Positions 24,132 through 38,908 of a stretch of 59,152 nt of DNA are shown in pieces. Each line of letters starts with the position of its first letter. Positions within the stretch are counted from its first letter, which is position 1. The notes beneath the pieces were generated by a model that was given only the letters and a program-made list of their open reading frames with translations, was not told the DNA's origin and did no database searches. Origin of the DNA: Actinomycetota bacterium (GTDB lineage: Bacteria; Actinomycetota; UBA4738; HRBIN12); NCBI GenBank assembly GCA_040002535.1, contig JBDUEF010000001.1, forward strand, positions 1 to 59,152, given 5' to 3'. Both the position numbers and the translations under genes were made by a program.

Positions 24132-25394
24132 TCATCCCCCAGCCGACAGCGGGATCTGCCGACGGCGCACGTAGTACGTGCCGGCCAGGATCAGGTAGAA
24201 GCCCGCCAGGATCAGGATCCCGGTGCGGAACTCGATCGGCAGCACCGCGGGCAGGAACGCCCCGGCCACCCAGGCGAGCTGGAACAGGATCTCGTAGCGC
24301 ACGAACACGCGCCCCAACGCTCCCTCCGGCGCGTTGCGCTGCATCAGGCTCTGGAACGCGAGCCGGCCGAGCTCCGTGGCAGCGCCGGCCACCAGCGCGA
24401 AGATCGCGAGCACGGCCAGGGCGTACCACTCGAACGCCACCCCTGCACACAGACCGGCACCCAGGACGCACGACACCACCATGGCCTCCTCGCGAACCGA
24501 CGGAGGGAACCGCGGCGCCACCAGGTCGGCCAGGAAGCCACCGGCCACGGCGGCGCCGGCCAGCACGGCGAACCACCACGCGGGCTGCCCGCCGCGACGC
24601 AGGCTGAAGGCCAACAGGAACAGCAGGAACCCGCTGGCCGCCCGCATCCCCACCGCGCCGATCGCCGGCAGGGTGAGCGCGCGCATCCGACCGCGCGGGC
24701 CGACCGGCCGTGGGTTGCCTCCGCGGCGAGGGGGATGCAGCCGGAGCGTCAGCCCCGCCGACACCGCGAAGACCGCCCCCGCCAGGTACATGGGCCCCTG
24801 CGCGCCGAACAACCGCAGCAACACGAATCCGAAGGGCGCCGCCCAGATCGCCCCGCCCACCGCCACCCGGCCGAGCCGTGCGTTCGCGCGCATGAGGCCC
24901 TCGGCACGGTCCGCGTAGGACATGGTGAGCCCGTTCTTCGAGATGGCGTGCACCTTGGAGGCCACCAGCAACGCGAGCGCCAAAGGGAAGAGCAGGAGCG
25001 AGTCCACGCGGGGCGCGGCGATCACGGCGACGACGGCGCGCACCAACGCTGCCGCCAGGGAGGTCGCGCGGCGCGGACCCGCCCGGTCCAGCGGGATCAC
25101 CAGCAAGGGCCCCGCCAAGGCGAGGGGGAGCATGGTGAGGCCCAGGTACAGGGCCACCTTCACCTTCGCCTGGTCGACGGGTAGCGAGAAGAAGACGGAG
25201 TCGGCAAGCGCGATCGCGATCAGCGCGTCGCCGGCGGCGCTGGCGAAGTGCGCGAGCGCGTACGCGTCCAGGGGGCGATCGCTCTTCCACATCCGCCGCA
25301 GCGGCCAGACCGCGGACTCCGCGAGGCCGGCCAGTCCCAACAGGACCAGCTGCCACCACGGGTACCGGGGAGGTCTGGGGTGGTCGACGCGCAC
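24132..25394 (-). CDS. MFS-type polytopic membrane protein
   Basis: 420 aa with about 12 hydrophobic segments and a GTG start. Located 13 nt downstream of gatB. Confidence 0.6.
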   Translation of the reverse strand: MRVDHPRPPRYPWWQLVLLGLAGLAESAVWPLRRMWKSDRPLDAYALAHFASAAGDALIAIALADSVFFSLPVDQAKVKVALYLGLTMLPLALAGPLLVIPLDRAGPRRATSLAAALVRAVVAVIAAPRVDSLLLFPLALALLVASKVHAISKNGLTMSYADRAEGLMRANARLGRVAVGGAIWAAPFGFVLLRLFGAQGPMYLAGAVFAVSAGLTLRLHPPRRGGNPRPVGPRGRMRALTLPAIGAVGMRAASGFLLFLLAFSLRRGGQPAWWFAVLAGAAVAGGFLADLVAPRFPPSVREEAMVVSCVLGAGLCAGVAFEWYALAVLAIFALVAGAATELGRLAFQSLMQRNAPEGALGRVFVRYEILFQLAWVAGAFLPAVLPIEFRTGILILAGFYLILAGTYYVRRRQIPLSAGG

Positions 25395-25407
25395 CCGGGC
25401 TCCGGCG

Positions 25408-26850
25408 CTAGTTCCTCAGGCGTTCGCGCAGGATCTCCTGGGCGAGCGTGGGGTTGGCTGAACCACCCGACGCCTTCATGACCTGACCGACCAGGAAGCC
25501 CATCACTCCCTCATTACCGCCCCGGAACTTCTCCACCGCGTCGGGATGTGCTGCGATGACCTCGTCGGCCATCGCTCCCAGCGCGCCCATATCGGAGACC
25601 TGGCGCAGTCCAAGTCGCAGGACGATCGCCTCGATCGGATCACCGGTGTCGAACGCCTCCTCCAGCGCTCGCTTGGCGGCCGTTCCAGAGATGACGTTGT
25701 CGTTGACCAGGGCCACGAGCTCCGAGAGGTGTTCCGGGACGAGGCGTCCCTCCCCACGCGCATTCCGCAGAGCCGCGACGTCCTGGATGATCCAACTCGC
25801 CACCACGACGGGATCCGATCCTGTCGACACAGCCCGTTCGAACATGTCGGTGGACCAGCGATCGGCCGAGAGCACACGTGCGACCTCTGCCTTCAGACCG
25901 AGCGCATCGACGTACCGTGCATGGCGGGCGGCGGGAAGCTCGGGAAGCGTGGCGCGTATCCCCTCGATCCACTCGGGATCCGGATCCAGGGCCGGGATGT
26001 CGGGCTCGGGGAAGTACCGGTAGTCGAATGCCTCCTCCTTCGAGCGCATGCTGGAGGTGGCGCCGGCGTCCTCGTCCCAGTGGCGCGTCTCCTGCACGAT
26101 CTGCTCACCTGCGTCCAGCGCGGTCGTCTGCCGCTCGATCTCGAACGCCAGCGCGCGCTCCAGCGAGCGGATCGAGTTCATGTTCTTGATCTCGACCTTC
26201 GTCCCGAGCGCCGAGGTGCCCTCGGGACGCAGGGAGACGTTCGCGTCGCAGCGCAGGGACCCCTCCTCCATCCGGACGTCGCTCACGTCGAGGGACTCCA
26301 GGGTGGCACGCAGGGTTCGCAGGTAGGCACCGGCCTCCTCGGGCGACCGCATATCGGGCTCGCTCACGCACTCCACCAGCGGCGTGCCCGCCCGGTTGAA
26401 GTCCAACAAGGCGGAGTCGGCGTCGTGGATCCGGCCGCTGACGCTGCCGTGCGTGGTCTTTCCGGTGTCCTCCTCCATGTGCACGCGCGTGATGCCCACG
26501 CGGCTGGTGGTGCCGTCGGCCTGTTCCACGTCGAGGTGGCCGCCCACGCACGTGGGCAGGTCGAACTGGGTGATCTGGTAGTTCTTCGGCATGTCGGGAT
26601 AGAAGTAGTTCTTGCGGGCGAAGACCGAGTGCGGGGCGATGTCGGAGCCCAGTGCAAGGCCGATCTTCACGATCGACCCCATCGCCTTCTCGTTCGGCAC
26701 CGGGAGCGAGCCCGGGTGGCCCAGGCACACCGGGCAGACGTTCGTGTTGGGCTCGGCGCCGAACTCGACCCGGCAGCCGCAGAACATCTTCGTCTGCGTG
26801 GCCAGCTCCACGTGGCACTCCAGCCCGATCACGGTCTCGTAGGCGCCCAT
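25408..26850 (-). CDS. gatB: Asp-tRNA(Asn)/Glu-tRNA(Gln) amidotransferase subunit B
   Basis: 480 aa. YETVIGLECHVELATQTKMFCGC, the NVCPVCLGHPGSLP zinc motif, and a C-terminal YqeY-like tail. Confidence 0.95.
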   Translation of the reverse strand: MGAYETVIGLECHVELATQTKMFCGCRVEFGAEPNTNVCPVCLGHPGSLPVPNEKAMGSIVKIGLALGSDIAPHSVFARKNYFYPDMPKNYQITQFDLPTCVGGHLDVEQADGTTSRVGITRVHMEEDTGKTTHGSVSGRIHDADSALLDFNRAGTPLVECVSEPDMRSPEEAGAYLRTLRATLESLDVSDVRMEEGSLRCDANVSLRPEGTSALGTKVEIKNMNSIRSLERALAFEIERQTTALDAGEQIVQETRHWDEDAGATSSMRSKEEAFDYRYFPEPDIPALDPDPEWIEGIRATLPELPAARHARYVDALGLKAEVARVLSADRWSTDMFERAVSTGSDPVVVASWIIQDVAALRNARGEGRLVPEHLSELVALVNDNVISGTAAKRALEEAFDTGDPIEAIVLRLGLRQVSDMGALGAMADEVIAAHPDAVEKFRGGNEGVMGFLVGQVMKASGGSANPTLAQEILRERLRN

Positions 26851-26965
26851 GACGGGTGAGCTTACCGCGCGGTCGTTTCACGCCGTCGGTCCGGCCGACG
26901 TCGTTCTGCGCATGGACGCGAAGACACCGACCAGCGCTGCCGACGCCCGCACCTATCATCGACGG

Positions 26966-27925
26966 ATGCTCGCCGACGGGGCCTCGGGCCCCAGCTCCAC
27001 CAAGATCTGGACCGGCCTCGTGACGGTGTACTTCTTCTGGGGCACCACCTACCTCGCCATCGATCGCACGAACCAGACGATCCCGCCGCTCGTCGGTCCC
27101 GCCGTGCGCTTCCTGATCGCCGGCCTCGTCCTGATGGGTCTCAGCCGCCGTCGAGGGACGTGGCAGACACCCACCAGGCGCCAGTGGGGCGGCGCCACCC
27201 TGGTGGGGGCGCTCTTGCTCTTCGGCGGCAACGGGATGGTGGCGACGGCCGAAGATCTGGGTGTGCCCACCGGGATCATGGCTCTGATCATCGCCCTGGT
27301 GCCGCTGTGGCTCGCCCTGATCGACCGGGTGGTGCTACGGAGCGGCCGCCTGGGATGGCGCGTGGTCGTGGGGCTCACCGGTGGGTTCGCGGGTGCGGCG
27401 TTGTTGGTGACCGCCCAGCTCGCCGGCGACGTCCGTCCGCTGGGCCTCCTGGTCGCCGTGATCGCATCGCTGTCGTGGTCCTCGGGCTCTCTGGCCAGTC
27501 GCGACGTCCCGCTCCCACCGGACCCGTTGCAGGCCAGCGGCATGCAGCAGGTTGCGGGGGGCGTGGCGATCCTGATCGCCGCCATGGTGAGCGGCCAGAT
27601 GGGCGACCTGGATGTGGGCGCGATCTCAGCGGGGTCGCTCGTGGCACTCCTGTACCTGATCCTGATCGGGTCGATCCTGACCTTCTCCACCTACCTGTGG
27701 CTCCTGCGGAACGCCCGGACCTCCCTGGTATCGACCTACGCGTACGTGAACCCGGTCGTGGCGGTGACGCTCGGCCATCTGGTGCTGGGAGAGGCCATCA
27801 CGCTGCGGACGATGCTGGCAGGGGGCGTGATCCTCGTGGCGGTCGCGCTGATCGTCTCGGCCGGCGCCGCCGCCAGATCCCGGCGAGCGGAGCGGGTGGA
27901 GGCGGCCGAGGCAGAGGCGCACTGA
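26966..27925 (+). CDS. EamA/DMT family transporter
   Basis: Ten hydrophobic segments in two EamA halves (FFWGTTYLAI...). Start uncertain; ATG 26966 is chosen, with 26912 or 26849 also possible. Confidence 0.75.
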   Translation: MLADGASGPSSTKIWTGLVTVYFFWGTTYLAIDRTNQTIPPLVGPAVRFLIAGLVLMGLSRRRGTWQTPTRRQWGGATLVGALLLFGGNGMVATAEDLGVPTGIMALIIALVPLWLALIDRVVLRSGRLGWRVVVGLTGGFAGAALLVTAQLAGDVRPLGLLVAVIASLSWSSGSLASRDVPLPPDPLQASGMQQVAGGVAILIAAMVSGQMGDLDVGAISAGSLVALLYLILIGSILTFSTYLWLLRNARTSLVSTYAYVNPVVAVTLGHLVLGEAITLRTMLAGGVILVAVALIVSAGAAARSRRAERVEAAEAEAH

Positions 27926-27935
27926 CGCCGCCGCC

Positions 27936-29399
27936 TCAGAGGGAGGGCCGCAGCTCCAGGGCGAGGTCGGCCTCCAGGGCGTGCGCGGTCCGCAGGAGCG
28001 TGGCCTCCGCCAGCACGGGCGCCGTGAGCTGCACCCCGATCGGCAGGCCACCCCCGTCGGTGCCGCACGGGACCGTGATCGCCGGCACACCGGCCAGGTT
28101 CGCGGGGATGGTGAAGATGTCGTTCAGGTACATCGCCAGCGGATCGTCCGCCTTCTCGCCGATGCGGAAGGCGGTCGTGGGGGTCGTGGGCGACACCAGT
28201 ACGTCGAACCCGGCGAACGCCGCCTCGTAGTCCCGGATCACCAGCGTCCGGACCTTCTGCGCCTGGGCGTAGTACGCGTCGTAGTAGCCGGCCGACAGCG
28301 CGTACGTGCCGAGCATGATGCGCCGCTTCACCTCAGCCCCGAATCCCTCGCCGCGGGTCCTGCGCATCATGTCGACGGAGTCGTCGCCGTCGACGCGCAG
28401 CCCGTAGCGCACGCCGTCGTAGCGCGCCAGGTTCGACGACGCCTCGCTGGGCGCGATCAGGTAGTAGGCGCTGAGCGCGTACTCGGCGTGCGGCAGCGAG
28501 GTCTCACCCACCTTCGCCCCCATCTCGCTCAGACGATCGAGGCAGGCGCGCACGGCGTCGCGGACCGCCGGCTCCACGCCCTCGCCGAAGGCCTCCGCGA
28601 TCACCCCGACCCGAAGGCCCTCCACGCCGCCCTCGATCCGCGCCAGGTAGTCGTCGACGGGTTGCTCGAGGCTCGTGGCGTCCCGTTGGTCCTGGCCCGC
28701 CATGGCGCCCAGCAGCGTGGCGGCGTCGCGCACGCTCCGCGTGAACGTGCCGACGGTGTCCAGCGAGGACGCGAACGCGATCAGCCCGTAGCGGGAGAGA
28801 CGGCCGTACGTGGGCTTCAGCCCGACCACGCCGCACAGCGCGGCGGGCTGGCGAACCGAGCCACCGGTGTCGGTCCCCAGCGCCCACACGGCCTCGCCCG
28901 CCGCGACGGCGGCGGCCGAGCCCCCGCTGCTCCCGCCCGGGACCCGCTCCAGATCGTAGGGGTTGTGCACCGGGCCGTACGCCGAGTTCTCGTTCGAGGA
29001 GCCCATGGCGAACTCGTCGCAGTTCGTCTTGCCCAGGAGCGTGGCGCCGTGGCCCGAGAGCCGCGCCCACACGGTGGCGTCGTACGGGGGCACGTAGCTC
29101 TCGAGGATCCTTGATCCGCACGTGGTGCGGATCCCCTTCGTGACCAGCACGTCCTTCAAGGCGAGCGGGATCCCGGCCACAGCGTGCTGCGGCATCCCGG
29201 TGGTCCGGTGCACGTCCAGCTCCTCGGCCCGCTCCAGGGCCACCTCCGGGGTGAGCGTTAGGAACGCGTGGACACGGTCGTCCACGTCGTCGATGCGGTC
29301 CAGGCACGCGCGCGTGATCTCGACGGCGGAAGTCTCCCCCGCCGCCATCATCGCCGCCAGGTCAGAGCCGGTCCGGTCGCAGAGCTCCCCGGCGCTCAT
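27936..29399 (-). CDS. gatA: Glutamyl-tRNA(Gln)/Asp-tRNA(Asn) amidotransferase subunit A
   Basis: 487 aa. Amidase signature [14 protein letters not shown] and catalytic region [15 protein letters not shown]. Confidence 0.95.
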   Translation of the reverse strand: MSAGELCDRTGSDLAAMMAAGETSAVEITRACLDRIDDVDDRVHAFLTLTPEVALERAEELDVHRTTGMPQHAVAGIPLALKDVLVTKGIRTTCGSRILESYVPPYDATVWARLSGHGATLLGKTNCDEFAMGSSNENSAYGPVHNPYDLERVPGGSSGGSAAAVAAGEAVWALGTDTGGSVRQPAALCGVVGLKPTYGRLSRYGLIAFASSLDTVGTFTRSVRDAATLLGAMAGQDQRDATSLEQPVDDYLARIEGGVEGLRVGVIAEAFGEGVEPAVRDAVRACLDRLSEMGAKVGETSLPHAEYALSAYYLIAPSEASSNLARYDGVRYGLRVDGDDSVDMMRRTRGEGFGAEVKRRIMLGTYALSAGYYDAYYAQAQKVRTLVIRDYEAAFAGFDVLVSPTTPTTAFRIGEKADDPLAMYLNDIFTIPANLAGVPAITVPCGTDGGGLPIGVQLTAPVLAEATLLRTAHALEADLALELRPSL

Positions 29400-29689
29400 G
29401 TGCCGGTCTCCTGCACCCGCGGCACCCGGAATCGGCCCTCCTCGGATTCGGGGGCGTTGGCGAGGGCAGCCTGCTGGCTGATGCCCGGCTCGGGCGTGTC
29501 GGGCCGCAGGACGTTCGACCGGGGGATCGCGCTGGCGGTGGGGACGACGTCGTCGGTGGCCACCTCTCCCACCTTCGCCGCGTGCTCGAGGATCACGCCG
29601 AGCTGCACACGCAGCTGCGCCTTCTCGTCGTCGGTGAGCTCGATGCGCGCGAGCTTCGCGACGTGCTCGAGGTCGATCTCGACCGGCAT
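29396..29689 (-). CDS. gatC: Amidotransferase subunit C
   Basis: Start at ATG 29689 ([26 protein letters not shown]), the typical GatC opening. 97 aa. ATGA overlap with gatA. Confidence 0.85.
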   Translation of the reverse strand: MPVEIDLEHVAKLARIELTDDEKAQLRVQLGVILEHAAKVGEVATDDVVPTASAIPRSNVLRPDTPEPGISQQAALANAPESEEGRFRVPRVQETGT

Positions 29690-29699
29690 GCGGTGCAGT

Positions 29700-34385
<4,686 letters not shown>

Positions 34386-34406
34386 GGGGTCGAGGCTAGC
34401 ACCGCC

Positions 34407-35030
34407 TCAGACCCGCACGGCGGTGCCGGCCACGTGGGGGCGCGCGAGCGCCGCCCCCGCCTCGTCCCACACGATCAGGTCTCCGACCTCGAACCCCGCC
34501 GCCTCGATCGCGCCGACCGTGTCGCGGTTGGGGCTGCAGCCCCCCGAGATCATGGCCCAGGGCCGCCGGAGCCGGTCCTGCCATCGCTCCAGGGTGCTCG
34601 TGGGCGAGGCCCGCACGTGCTCGAGGAAGAGCAGCCGGCCGCCCGGGCGCAGCACGCGGCGCGCCTCCGCCAGCGCGGCGGCCGGATCGGGCACCGAGCA
34701 CAGCACCAGCGTGCTCACCACGACGTCGGCCGATGCGTCCGCGACCGGCAGCGCCTCCGCCGGCGCGCGCCGCAGCCGCAGTGGCATACCTGCCGCCGGC
34801 GCCTCCCGCTCCAGCCGCCGGAACATGTGCCGATCCGGCTCCGTCGCCAGGAGCTGGGTCACGGCGTCGGGGTAGTGGCGGAGGTTCAGACCGGTGCCCG
34901 CCCCGATCTCGACGACGGTCCCGCGCGCGGTGGACAGCAGAGCGGCTCGCCGTTGGGCCGTCCCGCGCCGCTCCGCCAGCGGCGCCAACGCGTCGTAGGC
35001 GAACGCGAAGAGCCGGTGACCGTCGCTCAC
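34407..35030 (-). CDS. Class I SAM-dependent methyltransferase
   Basis: GTG 35030 is preceded by GGAGGTGGGCC and gives 207 aa. Motif I is VVEIGAGTGLNL, with post-I region TEPDRHM and RPGGRLLFLEH. The 387-aa track ORF is over-extended. Confidence 0.75.
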   Translation of the reverse strand: MSDGHRLFAFAYDALAPLAERRGTAQRRAALLSTARGTVVEIGAGTGLNLRHYPDAVTQLLATEPDRHMFRRLEREAPAAGMPLRLRRAPAEALPVADASADVVVSTLVLCSVPDPAAALAEARRVLRPGGRLLFLEHVRASPTSTLERWQDRLRRPWAMISGGCSPNRDTVGAIEAAGFEVGDLIVWDEAGAALARPHVAGTAVRV

Positions 35031-35081
35031 GGCCCACCTCCACGGTCGCTCCCACGGACCACCCGCGTATCGTAGCGAGCG

Positions 35082-36839
35082 ATGATCGAGGCGCGGTTCG
35101 ACGACCTCACGACGCGTGGCGCGTCGTTCCGACTGGTCGGCCCGGTGGGCGTCGTCGAGGCACGTCGGGCCGACGAGGTGGCCGAGGTCCTCGCGGCCGT
35201 CGAGTCGTCCGCCCAGCGGGGGCTGTGGGCGGCCGGGTTCCTCGCCTACGAGGCGGCTCACGGTCTGGACCCGGCGCTGGCGGTTCGCGCACGCGAAGCT
35301 GACGATCCCTTCGCCGACCTGCCGCTCGCATGGTTCGCCCTCTTCGAAGGGCGAGAGCCCACGACCCTGCCGGAGCCGCGTGACGACGGGGCCGCCACCG
35401 CCGATACCTGGCACCCCTCGGTGGATCGAGCGCGCTACGACGCGGCCATCGCCACGATCCGAGAGCGGATCGAGGCCGGCGACACCTACCAGGTGAACCA
35501 CACCTTTCGATTGCGGTCCACCGTGCGAGGCGATGAACGCGGCCTCTATCGGGACATGTGCTTCTCGCAACGAGGTGCCTACGGTGCGTACCTGAATGCG
35601 GGGCGCTACCGGATCTGCTCCGCGTCACCCGAGCTGTTCTTCGAGTGGAACGAGGGCCGATTGACGACGCGCCCCATGAAAGGCACCGCGCCCAGGGGAC
35701 GCTGGCCCGCCGAGGACCGGCAGATGGCTCGGCACCTCGAGACCTCAGCGAAGGATCGCGCGGAGAACGCCATGATCGTCGACCTCCTTCGCAACGACCT
35801 CGGGCGTGTCTCCCGAGCAGGCAGCGTCGCATGCAGCGAGATGTTCGCGGCGGAGCGCTACGAGACCGTCTGGCAGCTCACCTCGACGGTGACCTCCCAG
35901 GTTGAGCCCGGCATCGGCCTCGGCGACGTGATGGCGGCCCTGTTCCCCAGCGGTTCGGTGACGGGGGCGCCGAAGGTGCGCAGCATGGAGATCATCGCCG
36001 GCTTGGAAGAGTCGCCGCGGGGTGTGTACTGCGGAGCGGTCGGTGTCCTGGCCCCGCCCGGTCACGGCCCGACCGCCAGGTTCAACGTGGCCATCCGCAC
36101 CGTCACCGTGGACTCGATGAGTGGCGCGGCCGAGTACGGGGTCGGGGGCGGCATCACCTGGGATTCACGCGCCGGTGACGAATACGAGGAGACCGTGGCG
36201 AAGGCGCGGATCCTCACGTCGCGCCGTCCCCGGTTCGAGCTGCTGGAGACGCTGCTGCACGAACCCGGATCGGGGTTCGGCCGCCTGGATCTGCACCTCG
36301 AGCGTCTTCGCGGCTCCGCCGCCTACTTCGGCTTCGGCTACGACGGGGCCGCCGTTCGAGACGCCCTTGCGAGCGCCGCGATGTCCGTGCCCGATCGCCC
36401 GGCGCGCGTGCGGCTGTTGCTGGATCGTGAGGGGAAGATCAGCACGAGCGCCGTGCCACTCCCGTCGCGTCCCGAGCCGGTCCGGATCGTCGTGGACGAC
36501 CGACCGGTCGACCCCCACGACGTGCTGCTCTTCCACAAGACCTCGCTGCGCGAGCGCTACGAGCGGGCCCGCGCCCGGCATCCCGACGCCGATGACGTGC
36601 TGTTGGTGAACACCCGCGGCGAGGTCACCGAATCCACGATCGCCAACCTCGCGGTGCTGCTCGACGGACGATGGGTGACCCCGCCGGTGGACGCCGGGCT
36701 CCTGCCCGGCACGCGGCGCGCGGCGCTGCTGATCGAAGGGGCGATCGAGGAGGCAACCCTGCGGCCGGAGGATCTCGCCAGAAGCTCGGAACTGCGGTTG
36801 TTGAGCGCCACCGCTCCGTGGCGGCGGGCCGTCCTCTAG
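35082..36839 (+). CDS. pabB: Aminodeoxychorismate synthase component I fused to aminodeoxychorismate lyase (PabB-PabC)
   Basis: 585 aa. Chorismate-utilising core: SPELFF, PMKGT, ENAMIVDLLRND, GSVTGAPK, GGGITWDS. A C-terminal fold-type IV domain of about 200 aa follows (FHKTSLRERY, NTRGEVTESTIANL, GLLPGTRR). Confidence 0.8.
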   Translation: MIEARFDDLTTRGASFRLVGPVGVVEARRADEVAEVLAAVESSAQRGLWAAGFLAYEAAHGLDPALAVRAREADDPFADLPLAWFALFEGREPTTLPEPRDDGAATADTWHPSVDRARYDAAIATIRERIEAGDTYQVNHTFRLRSTVRGDERGLYRDMCFSQRGAYGAYLNAGRYRICSASPELFFEWNEGRLTTRPMKGTAPRGRWPAEDRQMARHLETSAKDRAENAMIVDLLRNDLGRVSRAGSVACSEMFAAERYETVWQLTSTVTSQVEPGIGLGDVMAALFPSGSVTGAPKVRSMEIIAGLEESPRGVYCGAVGVLAPPGHGPTARFNVAIRTVTVDSMSGAAEYGVGGGITWDSRAGDEYEETVAKARILTSRRPRFELLETLLHEPGSGFGRLDLHLERLRGSAAYFGFGYDGAAVRDALASAAMSVPDRPARVRLLLDREGKISTSAVPLPSRPEPVRIVVDDRPVDPHDVLLFHKTSLRERYERARARHPDADDVLLVNTRGEVTESTIANLAVLLDGRWVTPPVDAGLLPGTRRAALLIEGAIEEATLRPEDLARSSELRLLSATAPWRRAVL

Positions 36840-37030
36840 TCCGCCTCGGTCGGCGCAGGACGCTCGGCCGAAGGGGCCTCACCCGGGAAGGTGTAGGGCC
36901 GCATCCGGTCCTCGTCGAGCGGGCATTCGCAGAGCGGGCACCGGGGCGGGTCGTCGCAGACGAGCACCGTGCGCTCGCAGAACGGGCACTCGCTCTCCCG
37001 CATCGCGGGAGGTTCTGAGATCTCGTTCAT
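36836..37030 (-). CDS. Small zinc-ribbon protein (hypothetical, 64 aa)
   Basis: MNEISEPPAMRESECPFCERTVLVCDDPPRCPLCECPLDEDRMRPYTF... has CPFC and CPLC pairs and high GC3. Its stop overlaps the pabBC stop on the opposite strand (shared CTAG). The start could alternatively be ATG 37069. Confidence 0.45.
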   Translation of the reverse strand: MNEISEPPAMRESECPFCERTVLVCDDPPRCPLCECPLDEDRMRPYTFPGEAPSAERPAPTEAD

Positions 37031-37101
37031 GGAGTCGTTCCGCTCGGGGGGAGCGGCCTTCCCCCTCATCGGCACATCTCGGGCGGGCCTTGACCTGCAC
37101 G

Positions 37102-37128
37102 AAAGCCCTCCCCCGCACGGGGGAGGGC
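37102..37128 (-). terminator. Intrinsic terminator-like hairpin downstream of the 37167..37370 gene
   Basis: Perfect 10-bp GC stem GCCCTCCCCC / GGGGGAGGGC (37105-37114 and 37119-37128) with a 4-nt loop, followed on the minus strand by TTTCGTG. This is the only strong stem-plus-T motif I found in the window. Confidence 0.55.
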
Positions 37129-37166
37129 TCCGGTGTGCCTTCGTGGTCAGGGACGGGATCGCTCGG

Positions 37167-37370
37167 TCAGGCCGCCTCGTCGCGGCGCTTGCGCTTGCCG
37201 CGGGGGATGTAGGCATGCACGGGTTCATGCTGCCAGCAGTGATCCCACTTGCTGTACATGGACAGTTTGGTGTCGCAGCCGGGGGCGGCGCACACGCGAC
37301 CCTTGGCGAACGTCTTGTTCGGGCGAGGGAGCGTCCGCACCGAGCCACCGCGGTAGGTCTCCTGAGCCAC
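37167..37370 (-). CDS. Small basic Cys/His protein (hypothetical, 67 aa)
   Basis: VAQETYRGGSVRTLPRPNKTFAKGRVCAAPGCDTKLSMYSKWDHCWQHEPVHAYIPRGKRKRRDEAA has a C-x4-C...C-x2-H arrangement. GTG 37370 sits 5 nt after GAGGA. The track start is 37379. Confidence 0.5.
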   Translation of the reverse strand: MAQETYRGGSVRTLPRPNKTFAKGRVCAAPGCDTKLSMYSKWDHCWQHEPVHAYIPRGKRKRRDEAA

Positions 37371-37516
37371 GTTCCTCACATCCTTTCGGGGCTCGCCTTC
37401 TCGGCGGGCGTGCTACGTGGCGAGCCTCGCTGCGTATACGAACCCACCCGCCTGCCGGTTCATTCCGGGCACTCGACGGCGGGCCGTGCAGAGCTTTCTG
37501 GTGGGAAACCCGTGGA

Positions 37517-38005
37517 TCAGGCGTCCTCGAGGCGGGTGACGAGCGCCGCCGACGACGAGGTGAGCTGGACGACGCGGGGGGTGAACCCCAGGCTCTCCCA
37601 GAAGTCCATGGCTCCCTGGTTGGGCGCGAAGGTCTTCAGCTCGACCCACGGGATCCCGCCCTCGCTGGCGAATCTGGCCGCCTCGGCTACCAGGGCGCGT
37701 CCGACCCCGCGCCCGCGGAAATCCGAGCGCACCACGACGCCGGAGAGCTCCAGCGCCCGCTCGTCGGAGAACCGCGACGGTGTCCGCGCCTCGGCGTAGG
37801 CCATGCCCACGAGCTCGTCCCCCTCCTCGGCCACCAGCGCGATCTGTTGATCGCTGGCGATCGCGGCCCGGTACTTCGCGCCCACCTCGTCGTAGAAGCC
37901 CGGGCGGGGCGTGAACACGCGCCACTCCCGCTGCATCCTGTCCAGCTCCGCGAAGAAGCTGACGAGGACCGGCACGTCGGCCGCGGTGGCCCGGCGGACC
38001 CTCAT
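37517..38005 (-). CDS. GNAT family N-acetyltransferase
   Basis: 162 aa. The acetyl-CoA motif A is VVVRSDFRGRGVGRALV. ATGA overlap with the upstream gene. Confidence 0.8.
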   Translation of the reverse strand: MRVRRATAADVPVLVSFFAELDRMQREWRVFTPRPGFYDEVGAKYRAAIASDQQIALVAEEGDELVGMAYAEARTPSRFSDERALELSGVVVRSDFRGRGVGRALVAEAARFASEGGIPWVELKTFAPNQGAMDFWESLGFTPRVVQLTSSSAALVTRLEDA

Positions 38006-38778
38006 GGCTCTCCTCCGAAGGACGGCGGCCGCCTGTCCAGGAAGGCCTGCATGCCTTCGAGCTGATCGGGCGAGCCGAAGAGCCCGCAGAAGAGCTCACG
38101 TTCCCGAGCGAGGCCGGCCGGCCCCGGAGTGTGCACCGCCGCACGGATCGCCTCCTTCGCAGCGGCCAGCGCCAGTCGCGGTCCTCGCGCGAACGCGCGC
38201 GCGTCCTGGATGGCGGCCGCCAGGAGCTCTTCGGTGGGCAGCACCCGATCGGCCAACCCGAGCTGATGCGCCTCCCCCGCGTCGATCTGCTCGCCGGTGT
38301 AGATGAGCCGACCGGCGCGGGCGGGTCCGAGCAACCGGGTGAGGCGTTGGGTGCCGCCGGCACCAGGCATCACGCCGATCTTGACCTCCGGCTGCCCGAT
38401 CGTGGCGTCCGTCGCCAGGTACCGCAGGTCGGCTCCGAGCGCCAGCTCCAGGCCGCCACCGAGCGCATAGCCGGTGACGGCGGCGATCGAGATCTTCGGC
38501 AGGGCCTCCAGGGCATCGATCGCATCCCCCAACGCCGACACGACCGGGAGGATCTGCTCGGGGCCGAACCTCACCATCTCCTTGATGTCGGCCCCGGCGG
38601 CGAACAGGCGTTGGCCGCCCCAGAGCACCAGCGCTCCCACATCCTCGCGCCCCGCGGCCTCCTCGATCACCTCGCCCAAGCGCAGCCCCACGTCATGGGA
38701 GATGGCGTTCGCAGGGGGGCGGTCAACGCGGATCACGCCCACGCCATCATCGACCTCGAGGCGGACGAAGTCGTCCAT
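38002..38778 (-). CDS. Enoyl-CoA hydratase/isomerase (crotonase) family protein
   Basis: 258 aa. Oxyanion-hole region [10 protein letters not shown] and [20 protein letters not shown]. Confidence 0.88.
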   Translation of the reverse strand: MDDFVRLEVDDGVGVIRVDRPPANAISHDVGLRLGEVIEEAAGREDVGALVLWGGQRLFAAGADIKEMVRFGPEQILPVVSALGDAIDALEALPKISIAAVTGYALGGGLELALGADLRYLATDATIGQPEVKIGVMPGAGGTQRLTRLLGPARAGRLIYTGEQIDAGEAHQLGLADRVLPTEELLAAAIQDARAFARGPRLALAAAKEAIRAAVHTPGPAGLARERELFCGLFGSPDQLEGMQAFLDRRPPSFGGEP

Positions 38779-38908
38779 GGTGGGAGCCTACCGTTCCGAT
38801 GTGACCCTGGCGTGCACGATCGGGGCGACCGCCGCTCCGGACCGCGGTCCCGGTCCGATCCCACCTGAGCCCACTTGCACCTGCATGGCTTCGCTACACT
38901 GCCCGCCG

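Noticed and set aside
37386-37424. Inverted repeat GGCTCGCC ... GGCGAGCC with a loop of about 21 nt, downstream of the GNAT gene. It might be a terminator or a 5'-UTR structure of the small Cys/His gene.
   Set aside because: The loop is long, there is no T-tract, and its role cannot be decided from sequence alone.
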